Origin: Pseudomonadota bacterium | Lineage (GTDB): Bacteria > Pseudomonadota > Alphaproteobacteria > Azospirillales > Azospirillaceae | DNA length: 42,623 nt | Assembly: GCA_023416195.1 (NCBI GenBank) | Contig: JAEZID010000196.1 | Span: 1-42,623, forward strand | Direction of reading: 5' to 3' | Part shown: piece after piece, positions 8,779 through 17,475 of the stretch | How positions within the stretch are numbered: position 1 is the first letter of the stretch | How the letters are laid out: every line of letters starts with the position of its first letter | Position numbers and translations under genes: made by a program | Notes under the pieces: generated by a model | The model's database searches: none | The model's input: only the letters and a program-made list of their open reading frames with translations | Told to the model about the DNA's origin: nothing

Positions 8779-10047
8779 TCAGTCCGCCCCTTCCGCCGCC
8801 TCCCTGGTGACACGGTCGTTCGCGATCCCGGCGATGCCCTTGGCGGCTTCCCCCGTCGCCCCGGTCTCGGCCCGCGCGATGCGGGTGTAGAGGGCGAGCG
8901 CCTGCGCCACCACCTGATCCATGTTGTAGTAGCGGTAGGTCGCCAGCCGCCCGACGAAATGCACGTTCGGCGTGGTGTCGGCCAGCGCCTGGTACTTGCG
9001 GTACAGCGCCGCGTTCTCCGCCTTCGGCACCGGGTAGTACGGATCGCCCTCGGTCGAGGGGAATTCATAGGTCAGGCTGGTCTTGCCGGCATGGACCTGC
9101 CCGGTCAGGTGCTTGTACTCGGTGATGCGGGTGAAGGGCACGTCCTCGCCGGGGTAGTTCACCACCGCCACCGGCTGGAACCACTCGCGCTCCACCGTCT
9201 CGTGCCGGAAGCGCAGCGACCGGTAGGGCAGCTTGCCGTAGCGGTAATCGAAGAACTCGTCGATCGGGCCGGTGAAGATCAGATTGTCGTGCTGGACCTC
9301 GCGCGCCACCTCGCGGTAATCGGCGTTCAGCATGATCGTGATGTTGGGATGGTCCAGCATGTTCTCGAACATGCGGGTGTAGCCGTGCAACGGCATGTTC
9401 TGGAAGCTGTCGCCGAAATAGCGGTCGTCGTCGTTGGTGCGCGTCGGCACGCGGGCGGTCACCGCCTTGTCCAGTTCCGACGGATCCAGGCCCCACTGCT
9501 TGCGGGTGTAGCCTCGGAAGAACTTCTCGTACAGCTCGCGCCCGACCGCGCCGACCACCACGTCCTCGGAGGTGCGGACCTCGGGCACCGGCTCGGCGCG
9601 TTCCCGGAAGAAGGCCGCCACCCCGGCCTCGTCCAGGTCCAGGCCGTAGAGCCTGTTCACGGTGGTGCGGTTGATCGGGATGGGGACCAGCTGTTGGTCC
9701 ACGCTGGCCAGAACCTTGTGCTCGTAGGGGCGCCACTTGGTGAAGCGCGACAGGTAGTCGGCGACCTGTTGGGAATTGGTGTGGAAGATGTGCGGGCCGT
9801 AGCGGTGGATCAGCAGGCCGTCGTCGTTGTGATGATCGTAGGCGTTGCCGCCGATGTGCGGCCGGCGGTCGATCAGCAGGACCCGCTTGCCCAGCCCCGC
9901 CGCGAGCCGTTCGGCGAGCACGCTGCCGGCGAAGCCCGCCCCGACGATCAGGTAGTCGAATCCGGCACGGCCACCCCCTGGATGTTGCCCGGGACGTCCG
10001 ATGTAGGCGGGCGCCGTGGAGCCTTGCCCGTAATGCAGATCACGCAT
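8779..10047 (-). CDS. glf: UDP-galactopyranose mutase
   Basis: IVGAGFAG FAD motif, HIGGNAYD, YGPHIFHT, YTRKQWG, EYKHLTG and GRLATYRYYNMDQVV. Confidence 0.95.
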   Translation of the reverse strand: MRDLHYGQGSTAPAYIGRPGQHPGGGRAGFDYLIVGAGFAGSVLAERLAAGLGKRVLLIDRRPHIGGNAYDHHNDDGLLIHRYGPHIFHTNSQQVADYLSRFTKWRPYEHKVLASVDQQLVPIPINRTTVNRLYGLDLDEAGVAAFFRERAEPVPEVRTSEDVVVGAVGRELYEKFFRGYTRKQWGLDPSELDKAVTARVPTRTNDDDRYFGDSFQNMPLHGYTRMFENMLDHPNITIMLNADYREVAREVQHDNLIFTGPIDEFFDYRYGKLPYRSLRFRHETVEREWFQPVAVVNYPGEDVPFTRITEYKHLTGQVHAGKTSLTYEFPSTEGDPYYPVPKAENAALYRKYQALADTTPNVHFVGRLATYRYYNMDQVVAQALALYTRIARAETGATGEAAKGIAGIANDRVTREAAEGAD

Positions 10048-10267
10048 CCGATCAGCCCTTCCATGCGAGCCCAGGTCCAGGCTCAGGACATGACCGGCAA
10101 CGCTCCATCGACCTCTTCGATCCAGGGACCGGGATCTGCGACGGCGGCGACAGGCGGTTTCCCGCGTCTTGAAAGCGGATGAAAGCGGGAGATTTCGTTC
10201 GCCGCGACCGGCGGGGTACGCCGAAAACCTCCCACCCCAACAGGACGAGAGGTTTTGTCTGTGCGTG

Positions 10268-10597
10268 TTAAGCCTTCCGCACGCCCCGCCGGGCGCGCTT
10301 CTTGCGGAAGCGGTCGATGCGTTCGATGACCTCGCCCAGTTCCGATGCCTCCTCGACCTCGCCGAGGTGCAGGAGCACGCGGATGTAGGTGTCGATCAGG
10401 CCGAGGACGGCCTCCTCGTCGGTGATGCCGTGCGCCGGACGGCCCAGGGCGTCCACGATCAGGGTCCCGCTGTCGGCGAGCGCCTCGGCCACCTCGTTGA
10501 TGGCGGCCTCAAGCGCCTCGTCATCGCCCTCCGGCGCTTCCAGCACCGGGTCGAGCATGTCGGGAAAGGAAAGCCGGTCGGCGGGATATCCAGCCAT
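10268..10597 (-). CDS. Hypothetical protein (acidic helical)
   Basis: GGAG RBS and normal amino-acid composition; 109 aa. Confidence 0.7.
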   Translation of the reverse strand: MAGYPADRLSFPDMLDPVLEAPEGDDEALEAAINEVAEALADSGTLIVDALGRPAHGITDEEAVLGLIDTYIRVLLHLGEVEEASELGEVIERIDRFRKKRARRGVRKA

Positions 10598-10749
10598 GGG
10601 CTACGCTCCGGAAATCAATGACGGGCTGTGCCCGCTCCGGTCATTATAACCGGATCGGGCGGCCTTTTGCATGGGGGGACGGATCGCCACGATCTTCCCT
10701 CCCGGAAGATCCTACGTTGAAAGGGGATGTTCGGTTCCTGAACCGTCCG

Positions 10750-12240
10750 CTAGGCCGCCATGCGTTCCGGGACGTCCTCTTCCGCCTCTTCGGCACCGAA
10801 GCCCGTCCACGGGATCAGTTCCCGACCGTTGTTGGCGAGGCGGAGCGGCTCGATCCGGCCGGCCACCGACGCGCCGTCGCGGGACAGGCGGATGATGTCG
10901 CCGTCCTCCGGAATCACCGCGCGCTCCACGCCGCAGGCGCGGGCAAGGCGGGCGTGGGCCTCCAGATGCTCCAGCGTGCCGTGCACCGGCACGGCGAAGC
11001 GCGGGCGGATCAGGTCGTACATGCGGATCAGGTCGTCCCGCTTCGGGTGGCCGGAGACGTGGACCGGCGCGTCGGCCGGCGTCACCACCTCGACCCCCTT
11101 GGCCTTCAGATGGTTCTGCACGTCGGCAAGGACCTCCTCGTTGCCGGGGATGGCGCGGGCCGAGAAGATGACCGTGTCGCCGCCCTCCAGCCACAGGTCG
11201 CGGTGCCCGTCGCGGGCCAGGCGGCTCAGCGCCGCGCGCTCCTCGCCCTGGCTGCCGGTGCACAGGAACACGAGGTTCCGGCGCGGGGTCCAGGACGCTT
11301 CCTGCACGCTCATGAACTCCGGCAGGTCGCCCAGATAGCCGCTGTCGCGCGCCGCCTTCTCCATGCGCAGCATGGACCGGCCGACCAGCACGACCTTGCG
11401 GTCGTTGGCGGCGGCGGCCTCGACGACGGCCTTCATGCGCGCCACGTTGGACGCGAAGCCGGTGACCGCGATGGCCCCCTTGCGGCCGGCGAAGGTCTGC
11501 ATCAGGCCGGCGCGGGCGTCCGCCTCCGACCCGGTGGAGCCGTCCACGTTGGCGTTGGTGCTGTCGCACAGCATCGCCAGCACGCCCTGGTCGCCCAGGC
11601 GCTTCAGCGCGGCGATGTCGGCGGTCTCGCCGATCAGCGGGTTGGGGTCGAACTTCCAGTCGCCGGTGTGCAGCACCGTGCCCGCCGGGGTGTGGATCGC
11701 CAGGGAGACCGGCTCGGGAATCGAGTGGGTCATGGCGATGGACTGCACCTTGAACGGACCGACCGGGAAGGACGCGCCGACCTCGAACACCCGGATCCGG
11801 GCCTCGCGCAGCGTGCCCTTCTCCTTGAACCGGTCACGGATGACGTGCGCGGCAAAGGGGGTGGCGTAGATCGGGCACTTCAGGCGCGGCCACAGGTGGT
11901 GGATGGCGCCGATGTGGTCCTCGTGGGCGTGGGTCACGACCAGCCCGACCACATCCTCCATCCGCTCCTCGATGAAGGTCGGATCGGCCATCAGGCTGTC
12001 GATGCCCGGCGCCTCGTCGCCCATGAAGGCGACGCCGGCGTCCACGATCAGCCATTTCCCGGCATGACCGTAGAGCGCCATGTTCATGCCGATCCGCGAA
12101 CAGCCGCCCAGCGGCAGAAAGAGGATTTCGTCGTTGCCGGGAACCGGCCCCTTCACCTTGCGCGGGGCGGTCGGACGGTTCTGCTTCGGGCGGAATCCGC
12201 CCTTCGACGCCATGCGGCGCCGCTTCGGTTCAAAGGACAT
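10750..12240 (-). CDS. rnj: Ribonuclease J family metallo-beta-lactamase/beta-CASP protein, short C-terminus
   Basis: PLGG..IGMNM, THAHEDHIG, HSIPE, HTGDWK, CDSTNA, TGSQGE and HVSGH motifs. Confidence 0.9.
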   Translation of the reverse strand: MSFEPKRRRMASKGGFRPKQNRPTAPRKVKGPVPGNDEILFLPLGGCSRIGMNMALYGHAGKWLIVDAGVAFMGDEAPGIDSLMADPTFIEERMEDVVGLVVTHAHEDHIGAIHHLWPRLKCPIYATPFAAHVIRDRFKEKGTLREARIRVFEVGASFPVGPFKVQSIAMTHSIPEPVSLAIHTPAGTVLHTGDWKFDPNPLIGETADIAALKRLGDQGVLAMLCDSTNANVDGSTGSEADARAGLMQTFAGRKGAIAVTGFASNVARMKAVVEAAAANDRKVVLVGRSMLRMEKAARDSGYLGDLPEFMSVQEASWTPRRNLVFLCTGSQGEERAALSRLARDGHRDLWLEGGDTVIFSARAIPGNEEVLADVQNHLKAKGVEVVTPADAPVHVSGHPKRDDLIRMYDLIRPRFAVPVHGTLEHLEAHARLARACGVERAVIPEDGDIIRLSRDGASVAGRIEPLRLANNGRELIPWTGFGAEEAEEDVPERMAA

Positions 12241-12755
12241 ACTACCTACAGTTCAGTCACAAACTGCCGGCATTCACCGCTGCCGGACGGGCGTGCATCG
12301 CTCGTCGATGCGCAAAGGGGTGGACCTCCCCGGTCTGCCGGCGGCGCCAGGACATTGGGGAGATGTCGAGGCAGCCACCCGGCGTCCGGCCGGGGAGGAG
12401 GGCGGGCGCACCCGGCATGAGGGCGCCGCAACCGTGAATTCTGGGGTTGAAGGACGATGACGCGGAAAGAGGTTTACGTTGCTCGCCGAAGAACGGCTCA
12501 ACAACCGCATCGTCGAAAATTTTGGGCCAAAAAGTGTGGGCCGAGTCCCTTCAGGTCCATCGGCGACTGACCTTATATGACCTTTCCGCCGTTTCTTTCA
12601 AGGGCTAACGAACAAAGACGCTTCGCCGCGGCCGTTTCGTCGTCATGGCTGCCCTGCTTCCGCTTGGCACCCGGTTGATCGGCCATCCAGCCCGAGGCAA
12701 GATGCCGCACCTTACCCACCCGCATGAACATCCACCGCACGAACACGAGGCACCG

Positions 12756-14198
12756 ATGCCGAACAGCCTGAAATTCTACATCGATGGCGCCTGGGTCGAT
12801 CCGGTGGCCGCCCCGGCGGGCGGCGCGACGCTCGACGTGATCGATCCGGCAACGGAGGAACCGTTCGCCACCATCGCCATGGGCACGTCGGCGGACGTTG
12901 ACCGGGCGGTCGCCGCCGCCCGCGCCGCCTTCCCGGCCTTCGCCGCCACATCGCGCGAGGAGCGGCTCGCCCTGATGCGGCGCCTGCTGGACTGCTACAA
13001 GGCGCGCTACGACGAGTTCGCGGACATCCTGTCGCGCGAGATGGGCGCGCCGAAGACCCTGGCCCATCGCGCGCAGGCCGCGATGGGAACCGCCCATCTC
13101 TCCAAGATGATCGAAACGCTGGAGACGTTCGCGTTCGAGGAACTGCGCGGCCCGACCCTGATCAGCAAGGAGCCGATCGGCGTCGTCGGCATGATCACGC
13201 CGTGGAACTGGCCGATCAACCAGATCATGTGCAAGGTCGCTCCAGCCCTCGCCGCCGGCTGCACGATGGTTCTGAAGCCGAGCGAGATCGCGCCGCTGAA
13301 CGCCATTCTCTTCGCCGAGGTCATGCACGAGGCCGGGGTGCCGAAGGGCGTGTTCAACCTCGTCAACGGCGACGGCCCGACGGTGGGCGAGGCCATCGCG
13401 CGCCATCCCGAGGTCGACATGGTGTCCTTCACCGGATCGACGCGGGCCGGCGTCCTGGTCGCCAAGGCGGCGGCCGACACGGTCAAGCGCGTGCACCAGG
13501 AGTTGGGCGGCAAGTCCGCCAACATCATCCTGGACGACGCCGACCTGAACCGCGCGGTGAAGCTGGGCGTCGAGGGTTGCATGAGCAACAGCGGCCAGTC
13601 CTGCAACGCGCCGACCCGGATGTTCGTGCCGGCGGCGCTCCACGAGCAGGCGGTGGCGGTCGCCCGGACCACGGCCGAACGGCTCAAGGTCGGCGCGCCG
13701 TCCGAATCCGACACCCGGCTCGGCCCGGTCGTCAGCCAGATGCAGTACGACAAGATCCAGCGCCTGATCGAAGCCGGCATCGCGGAAGGCGCCGACCTCG
13801 TGACCGGCGGTCCCGGCCGTCCCGAAGGGCTGAACCGCGGCTATTATGTCCGGCCGACGATCTTCGCCAACGTCACCGACGACATGACCGTCGCGCGTGA
13901 GGAGATTTTCGGCCCGGTGCTGGCGATCCTCCCCTACGGCAGCGAGGAGGAGGCGATCCGGCGCGCCAACGACACGCCCTACGGCCTTGCCTCCTACGTC
14001 CAGTCGGGCTCGCTGGAGCGTGCCCGCAAGGTGGCGGCGCGGATGCGCAGCGGCAACGTCTACATCAATTACCCGGCCTGGGACGCCGGCGCGCCGTTCG
14101 GCGGCTACAAGCAGTCCGGCAACGGGCGCGAATACGCCGATTTCGGCCTGGAGGAGTTCCTGGAGATCAAGGGCACCGTCGGCTACGCGCCGGCCTGA
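12756..14198 (+). CDS. Aldehyde dehydrogenase
   Basis: ITPWNWP, LKPSE, FTGSTRAG, ELGGKS, NSGQSC, EEIFGPV and FGGYKQSG motifs. Confidence 0.95.
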   Translation: MPNSLKFYIDGAWVDPVAAPAGGATLDVIDPATEEPFATIAMGTSADVDRAVAAARAAFPAFAATSREERLALMRRLLDCYKARYDEFADILSREMGAPKTLAHRAQAAMGTAHLSKMIETLETFAFEELRGPTLISKEPIGVVGMITPWNWPINQIMCKVAPALAAGCTMVLKPSEIAPLNAILFAEVMHEAGVPKGVFNLVNGDGPTVGEAIARHPEVDMVSFTGSTRAGVLVAKAAADTVKRVHQELGGKSANIILDDADLNRAVKLGVEGCMSNSGQSCNAPTRMFVPAALHEQAVAVARTTAERLKVGAPSESDTRLGPVVSQMQYDKIQRLIEAGIAEGADLVTGGPGRPEGLNRGYYVRPTIFANVTDDMTVAREEIFGPVLAILPYGSEEEAIRRANDTPYGLASYVQSGSLERARKVAARMRSGNVYINYPAWDAGAPFGGYKQSGNGREYADFGLEEFLEIKGTVGYAPA

Positions 14199-14214
14199 TC
14201 CGGTACGGAAGGCG

Positions 14215-14260
14215 GACAAGGAGGGAGGTGGGGCCGCTCAGGCCGCACCTCCCCCTTGTC
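14215..14260. terminator. Stem-loop between convergent genes (aldehyde dehydrogenase / HlyD)
   Basis: GACAAG..GGGAGGTG pairs with CACCTCCC..CTTGTC. No strong U-tract. Confidence 0.5.
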
Positions 14261-14269
14261 AAATATATC

Positions 14270-15625
14270 CTAACGTTCGCGGAAGGCGCGGCGGAAGCTG
14301 TCGAGCACGGGGGTCAGCGCGTAGAGCGCCACCGTGGTCTCGCCCGTCCGGATCATCACCTCCGCCGGCATGCCGGGCAGCGGCACCAGCCCGTCGAGCT
14401 TCGCGAAATCCTGCTCCTGCATGCGGATGTAGCCGGCGTAATAGCCCTGCCCCGTCACCCTGTCGGTCAGCCGGTCGGCCGAAACATAGGAGACGGTGCC
14501 GCCCACCGGGTCGGTCGGATGGCCGCGCGCCGGCAGAAGCCGCACCTCGGCCGGCAGCCCGACATGGACGGCGTCCACGTCCTCGGGGCGAAGCTGAACG
14601 CGCACGGTCAGCCGGTCCTCCCCGGGCACGAGGTCGAGCAGCGGTTCCCCGGCGCCGATCACCCCGCCCGGCGTGTGGATGCGCAGGTCCGTGACAACGC
14701 CGGCCTCCGGCGCCTTGACCTCCGTGCGGGTCAGCGTGTCGGTGGCCGCCTGGATGCGTTCGGTCAGGTCGTGGATCTGCTGCTGCGTCTCGCGCAGCTG
14801 TTCGGCCACGCCGTTCAGATGGTCGTTCTGCACATCGAGAATCGCGGTTTCCGCTTCCGCGATGATCCGTTGCGAGCGGGCGACCCCGGCGATGGCCTCG
14901 CCGCGCTGGCCTTCCAGTTCCGCCTTCAGCCGCTCCAGGCCGAGGATGCGCGTGCGCCGCTCCAACCCCTTGTCCACCAACGGCTGGACGGCGGCGATTT
15001 CCTCGTCCGCCAGTCCGATGCGGCGGTCGATGCTGACCTGTTCGGCGTTCAGGCCCCGGATTTCGGCGTGGGTCTGCTCGATGCGCTGGCGGTACTGCGT
15101 GGTCTTGGAATCGAGCAGCGAGCGGCGCGTCTGGAAGATCCGCCACTGCCCCTCCAGAATGCGGGACACGACGGGCCCCACCACGGGATCATCGCGCCGC
15201 GCTCCCAGCGCCTCCGGCACGATGATGGAGGCGTCGCCGGCCTGCTCGGCCAACAGCCGCGCCTCGCGGGCGAGCGCGTCCCACAGCTGCCCCTGGAGCG
15301 CCGACAGCGTCGTCCGCGCCCGCGTGTCCTCCAGCCGGACCAGCGTCTGGCCGGGCGTCACCGCCTCGCCGTCATGGACCAGGATGGCGGAGACGATGCC
15401 GCCCTCGAAATGCTGGACGGTCTTGCGCTTGCTCTCCGGCTCGACCACGCCGGGGGCGAGCGCCGCGCTGGCCAGGGGCGCGTAGGCCGACCAGACGCCG
15501 AGGCCGACCACGAACACCCCGACCAGCAGAGAGCCGGCGACGGCCGCCCGGCGCACGCGCGGCAACGGCGTCGCGGAGATCGGCGGCAGATCCGGGTCCG
15601 GCCGGTGATCGACGATCAGGGTCAT
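14270..15625 (-). CDS. HlyD/PrtE-family T1SS membrane fusion protein
   Basis: One TM segment, KTVQHFEGGIV..ILVHDG, a coiled coil, KAPEAGVV, PGMPAEVMIRTGE and AFRER. ATG at 15625. Confidence 0.93.
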   Translation of the reverse strand: MTLIVDHRPDPDLPPISATPLPRVRRAAVAGSLLVGVFVVGLGVWSAYAPLASAALAPGVVEPESKRKTVQHFEGGIVSAILVHDGEAVTPGQTLVRLEDTRARTTLSALQGQLWDALAREARLLAEQAGDASIIVPEALGARRDDPVVGPVVSRILEGQWRIFQTRRSLLDSKTTQYRQRIEQTHAEIRGLNAEQVSIDRRIGLADEEIAAVQPLVDKGLERRTRILGLERLKAELEGQRGEAIAGVARSQRIIAEAETAILDVQNDHLNGVAEQLRETQQQIHDLTERIQAATDTLTRTEVKAPEAGVVTDLRIHTPGGVIGAGEPLLDLVPGEDRLTVRVQLRPEDVDAVHVGLPAEVRLLPARGHPTDPVGGTVSYVSADRLTDRVTGQGYYAGYIRMQEQDFAKLDGLVPLPGMPAEVMIRTGETTVALYALTPVLDSFRRAFRER

Positions 15626-15636
15626 GGAAGCCCCTA

Positions 15637-17376
15637 TCAGCTTTGGCGCCGCTGGACGGCCGCGTTCTGTGTGGCGGCCGGCGTGGTCGCCGACGTTGCC
15701 GCCTGGGCGGAATTGAGCCGCGCGATCAGCTCGTTGCGCTGGCCGTAGACCTCCATCACGCCGTCGCGCAGCGCCATGATGCGGTCGGCGATGCCCAGGA
15801 TGCTCGGCCGGTGGGTCACCACGACCACCGTGGTGCCGTCCTCGCGCATCTGGCGGATGGCGTCCAGAAGCGCCTCTTCTCCCGCCGTGTCGAGGCTGGA
15901 GTTCGGCTCGTCCAGCACGACCAGCTTCGGCCCGCCGTACATGGCGCGGGCAAGGCCCAGCCGTTGCCGCTGCCCGCCGGACAGCCGGACGCCGCCGTCG
16001 CCGATTTCCGTGTCGTAGCCCTGGGGCAGGCGCAGGATGGTTTCGTGCAGTCCGGCCAGCTTCGCCACGCGGATCAGCTCGCGCGGGTCGGTCTCCTCGG
16101 GCCGGCGCAGCCGGGCGATGTTGTCGCGCACGGTGCCCGTGAACAGCTCGATGTCCTGCGGCAGATAGCCGAGGTAGCCGGATCCGCCGGAATCCAGCCA
16201 GCTCGCGATATCGGCACCATCCATCCGCACGGCCCCGGCGCCGGGCGCCCAGGCCCCGGCGATCAGACGGGCGAGCGTCGATTTCCCGGCGCCCGACGGC
16301 CCGACGATCACCAGCACCTGACCCGCCGACAGGCGGAAGGACACGTTGCGAAGCGTCAGCCGGGTGCTGCCCGGCGGGACGAAGGAAAGCTGCTCGACCT
16401 CCAGATCCCCGACCGGCTCCGGCAACGCGATGGCCCCCCGGCGCGCCGGGAAGCGCGTCAGCCCCTCGCGCAGGCGGCGGTAGGCGGCGCGCGCCGTCAC
16501 CAGCGATTTCCAGGTGCCGATGGCGTTCTCCACCGGGGCAAGCGCCCGGCTCAGCAGGAAGGACGAGGCGAAGATCGTGCCCGCCGTGGCGTTCTGGTGG
16601 ATGGCCAGCCACGCCGCCGCGCCCATGATGATCGCCTGGATGCCGGTGCGGGCGAAGCGCGACAGCGCGAAGATGATCGTCTGCCGTCGCCCCGCGCGCT
16701 CCAAAGCCTCCTGCGCCATGCGGCCGTCCAGGCGCCAGCGGCGGATGACCCCGTCCTCCATGCCCAGCGCGCGGACGACCTCGGCGTTGCGCAGGCTGGC
16801 GCCGGTGCGCTGGGCCGCCGCCATCTCGGCGGCGGCGGCGCGTTGCAGGGCGCCGCGCGTGGCCATCTCGTTCAGCAGCGCCAGCCCGAACAGGATCACG
16901 GCGCCGGCCACGCCGATCATGCCCAGCAGCGGGTTCAGGACGAACAGCGCCAGCAGGAAGATCGGCGTCCACGGCGCGTCGAGCAGCGGAATCACCCCTC
17001 CCCCGCCGAGAAAGCCGCGCAGCGTCCCCAGATCCTGAAGCCCCTGCCCGCTCAGCACGTTCCCATGCAGCGCCTGCCGCAGCCCGTTTTCCAGAACCGC
17101 CGGTCCGGTGCGGTCTTGAAGCCAGTCGGCCATGCCCGACAGCATCTGCCGGCGCAACCCCTCCAGCGCGCTCAGCACCGCCAAGGCGGCGACCATGATC
17201 AGCGCCAGCAGGATCAGCGTGTCGGTGCTGCGGCTGGGCAGAACGCGGTTGTAGAGTTGCAGCATGTAGAGCGGCGAAGCGAGCGCCAACGCATTCACGC
17301 CGAAGCTGAAGGCTGTGACGATGACGAAGGCGCCGCGGCAGGACGCGAGCGCCTGTTGGATCACGGTGTCCTTCAT
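15637..17376 (-). CDS. PrtD/RsaD-family T1SS ABC permease/ATPase (no C39 domain)
   Basis: LYMLQLYNRVLPSRS, LLDAPWTP, Walker A GPSGAGKST, LSGGQRQR and VLDEPNSSLD. Confidence 0.95.
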   Translation of the reverse strand: MKDTVIQQALASCRGAFVIVTAFSFGVNALALASPLYMLQLYNRVLPSRSTDTLILLALIMVAALAVLSALEGLRRQMLSGMADWLQDRTGPAVLENGLRQALHGNVLSGQGLQDLGTLRGFLGGGGVIPLLDAPWTPIFLLALFVLNPLLGMIGVAGAVILFGLALLNEMATRGALQRAAAAEMAAAQRTGASLRNAEVVRALGMEDGVIRRWRLDGRMAQEALERAGRRQTIIFALSRFARTGIQAIIMGAAAWLAIHQNATAGTIFASSFLLSRALAPVENAIGTWKSLVTARAAYRRLREGLTRFPARRGAIALPEPVGDLEVEQLSFVPPGSTRLTLRNVSFRLSAGQVLVIVGPSGAGKSTLARLIAGAWAPGAGAVRMDGADIASWLDSGGSGYLGYLPQDIELFTGTVRDNIARLRRPEETDPRELIRVAKLAGLHETILRLPQGYDTEIGDGGVRLSGGQRQRLGLARAMYGGPKLVVLDEPNSSLDTAGEEALLDAIRQMREDGTTVVVVTHRPSILGIADRIMALRDGVMEVYGQRNELIARLNSAQAATSATTPAATQNAAVQRRQS

Positions 17377-17429
17377 CCGATGCCCTTATGCCGGGAGTGC
17401 CGCGGGGAAACGCTGCGGGAGAAACCGGC

Positions 17430-17463
17430 GAAGGGCGGGCCGAACGATGCCGGCCCGCCCTTC
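17430..17463. terminator. 13-bp GC-rich stem-loop between the cargo gene and the T1SS genes
   Basis: GAAGGGCGGGCCG pairs with CGGCCCGCCCTTC around an 8-nt loop. Likely an mRNA stabiliser or attenuator. Confidence 0.55.
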
Positions 17464-17475
17464 CCGTCCGCTCCC

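Noticed and set aside
12664..12680. Sigma54 promoter (TTGGCAC...TTGA) before the aldehyde dehydrogenase
   Set aside because: It lacks the GG-N10-GC spacing and the -12 GC.
14270..17376. Absence of tolC as a sign of a defective T1SS
   Set aside because: Alphaproteobacterial T1SSs commonly use an unlinked TolC.
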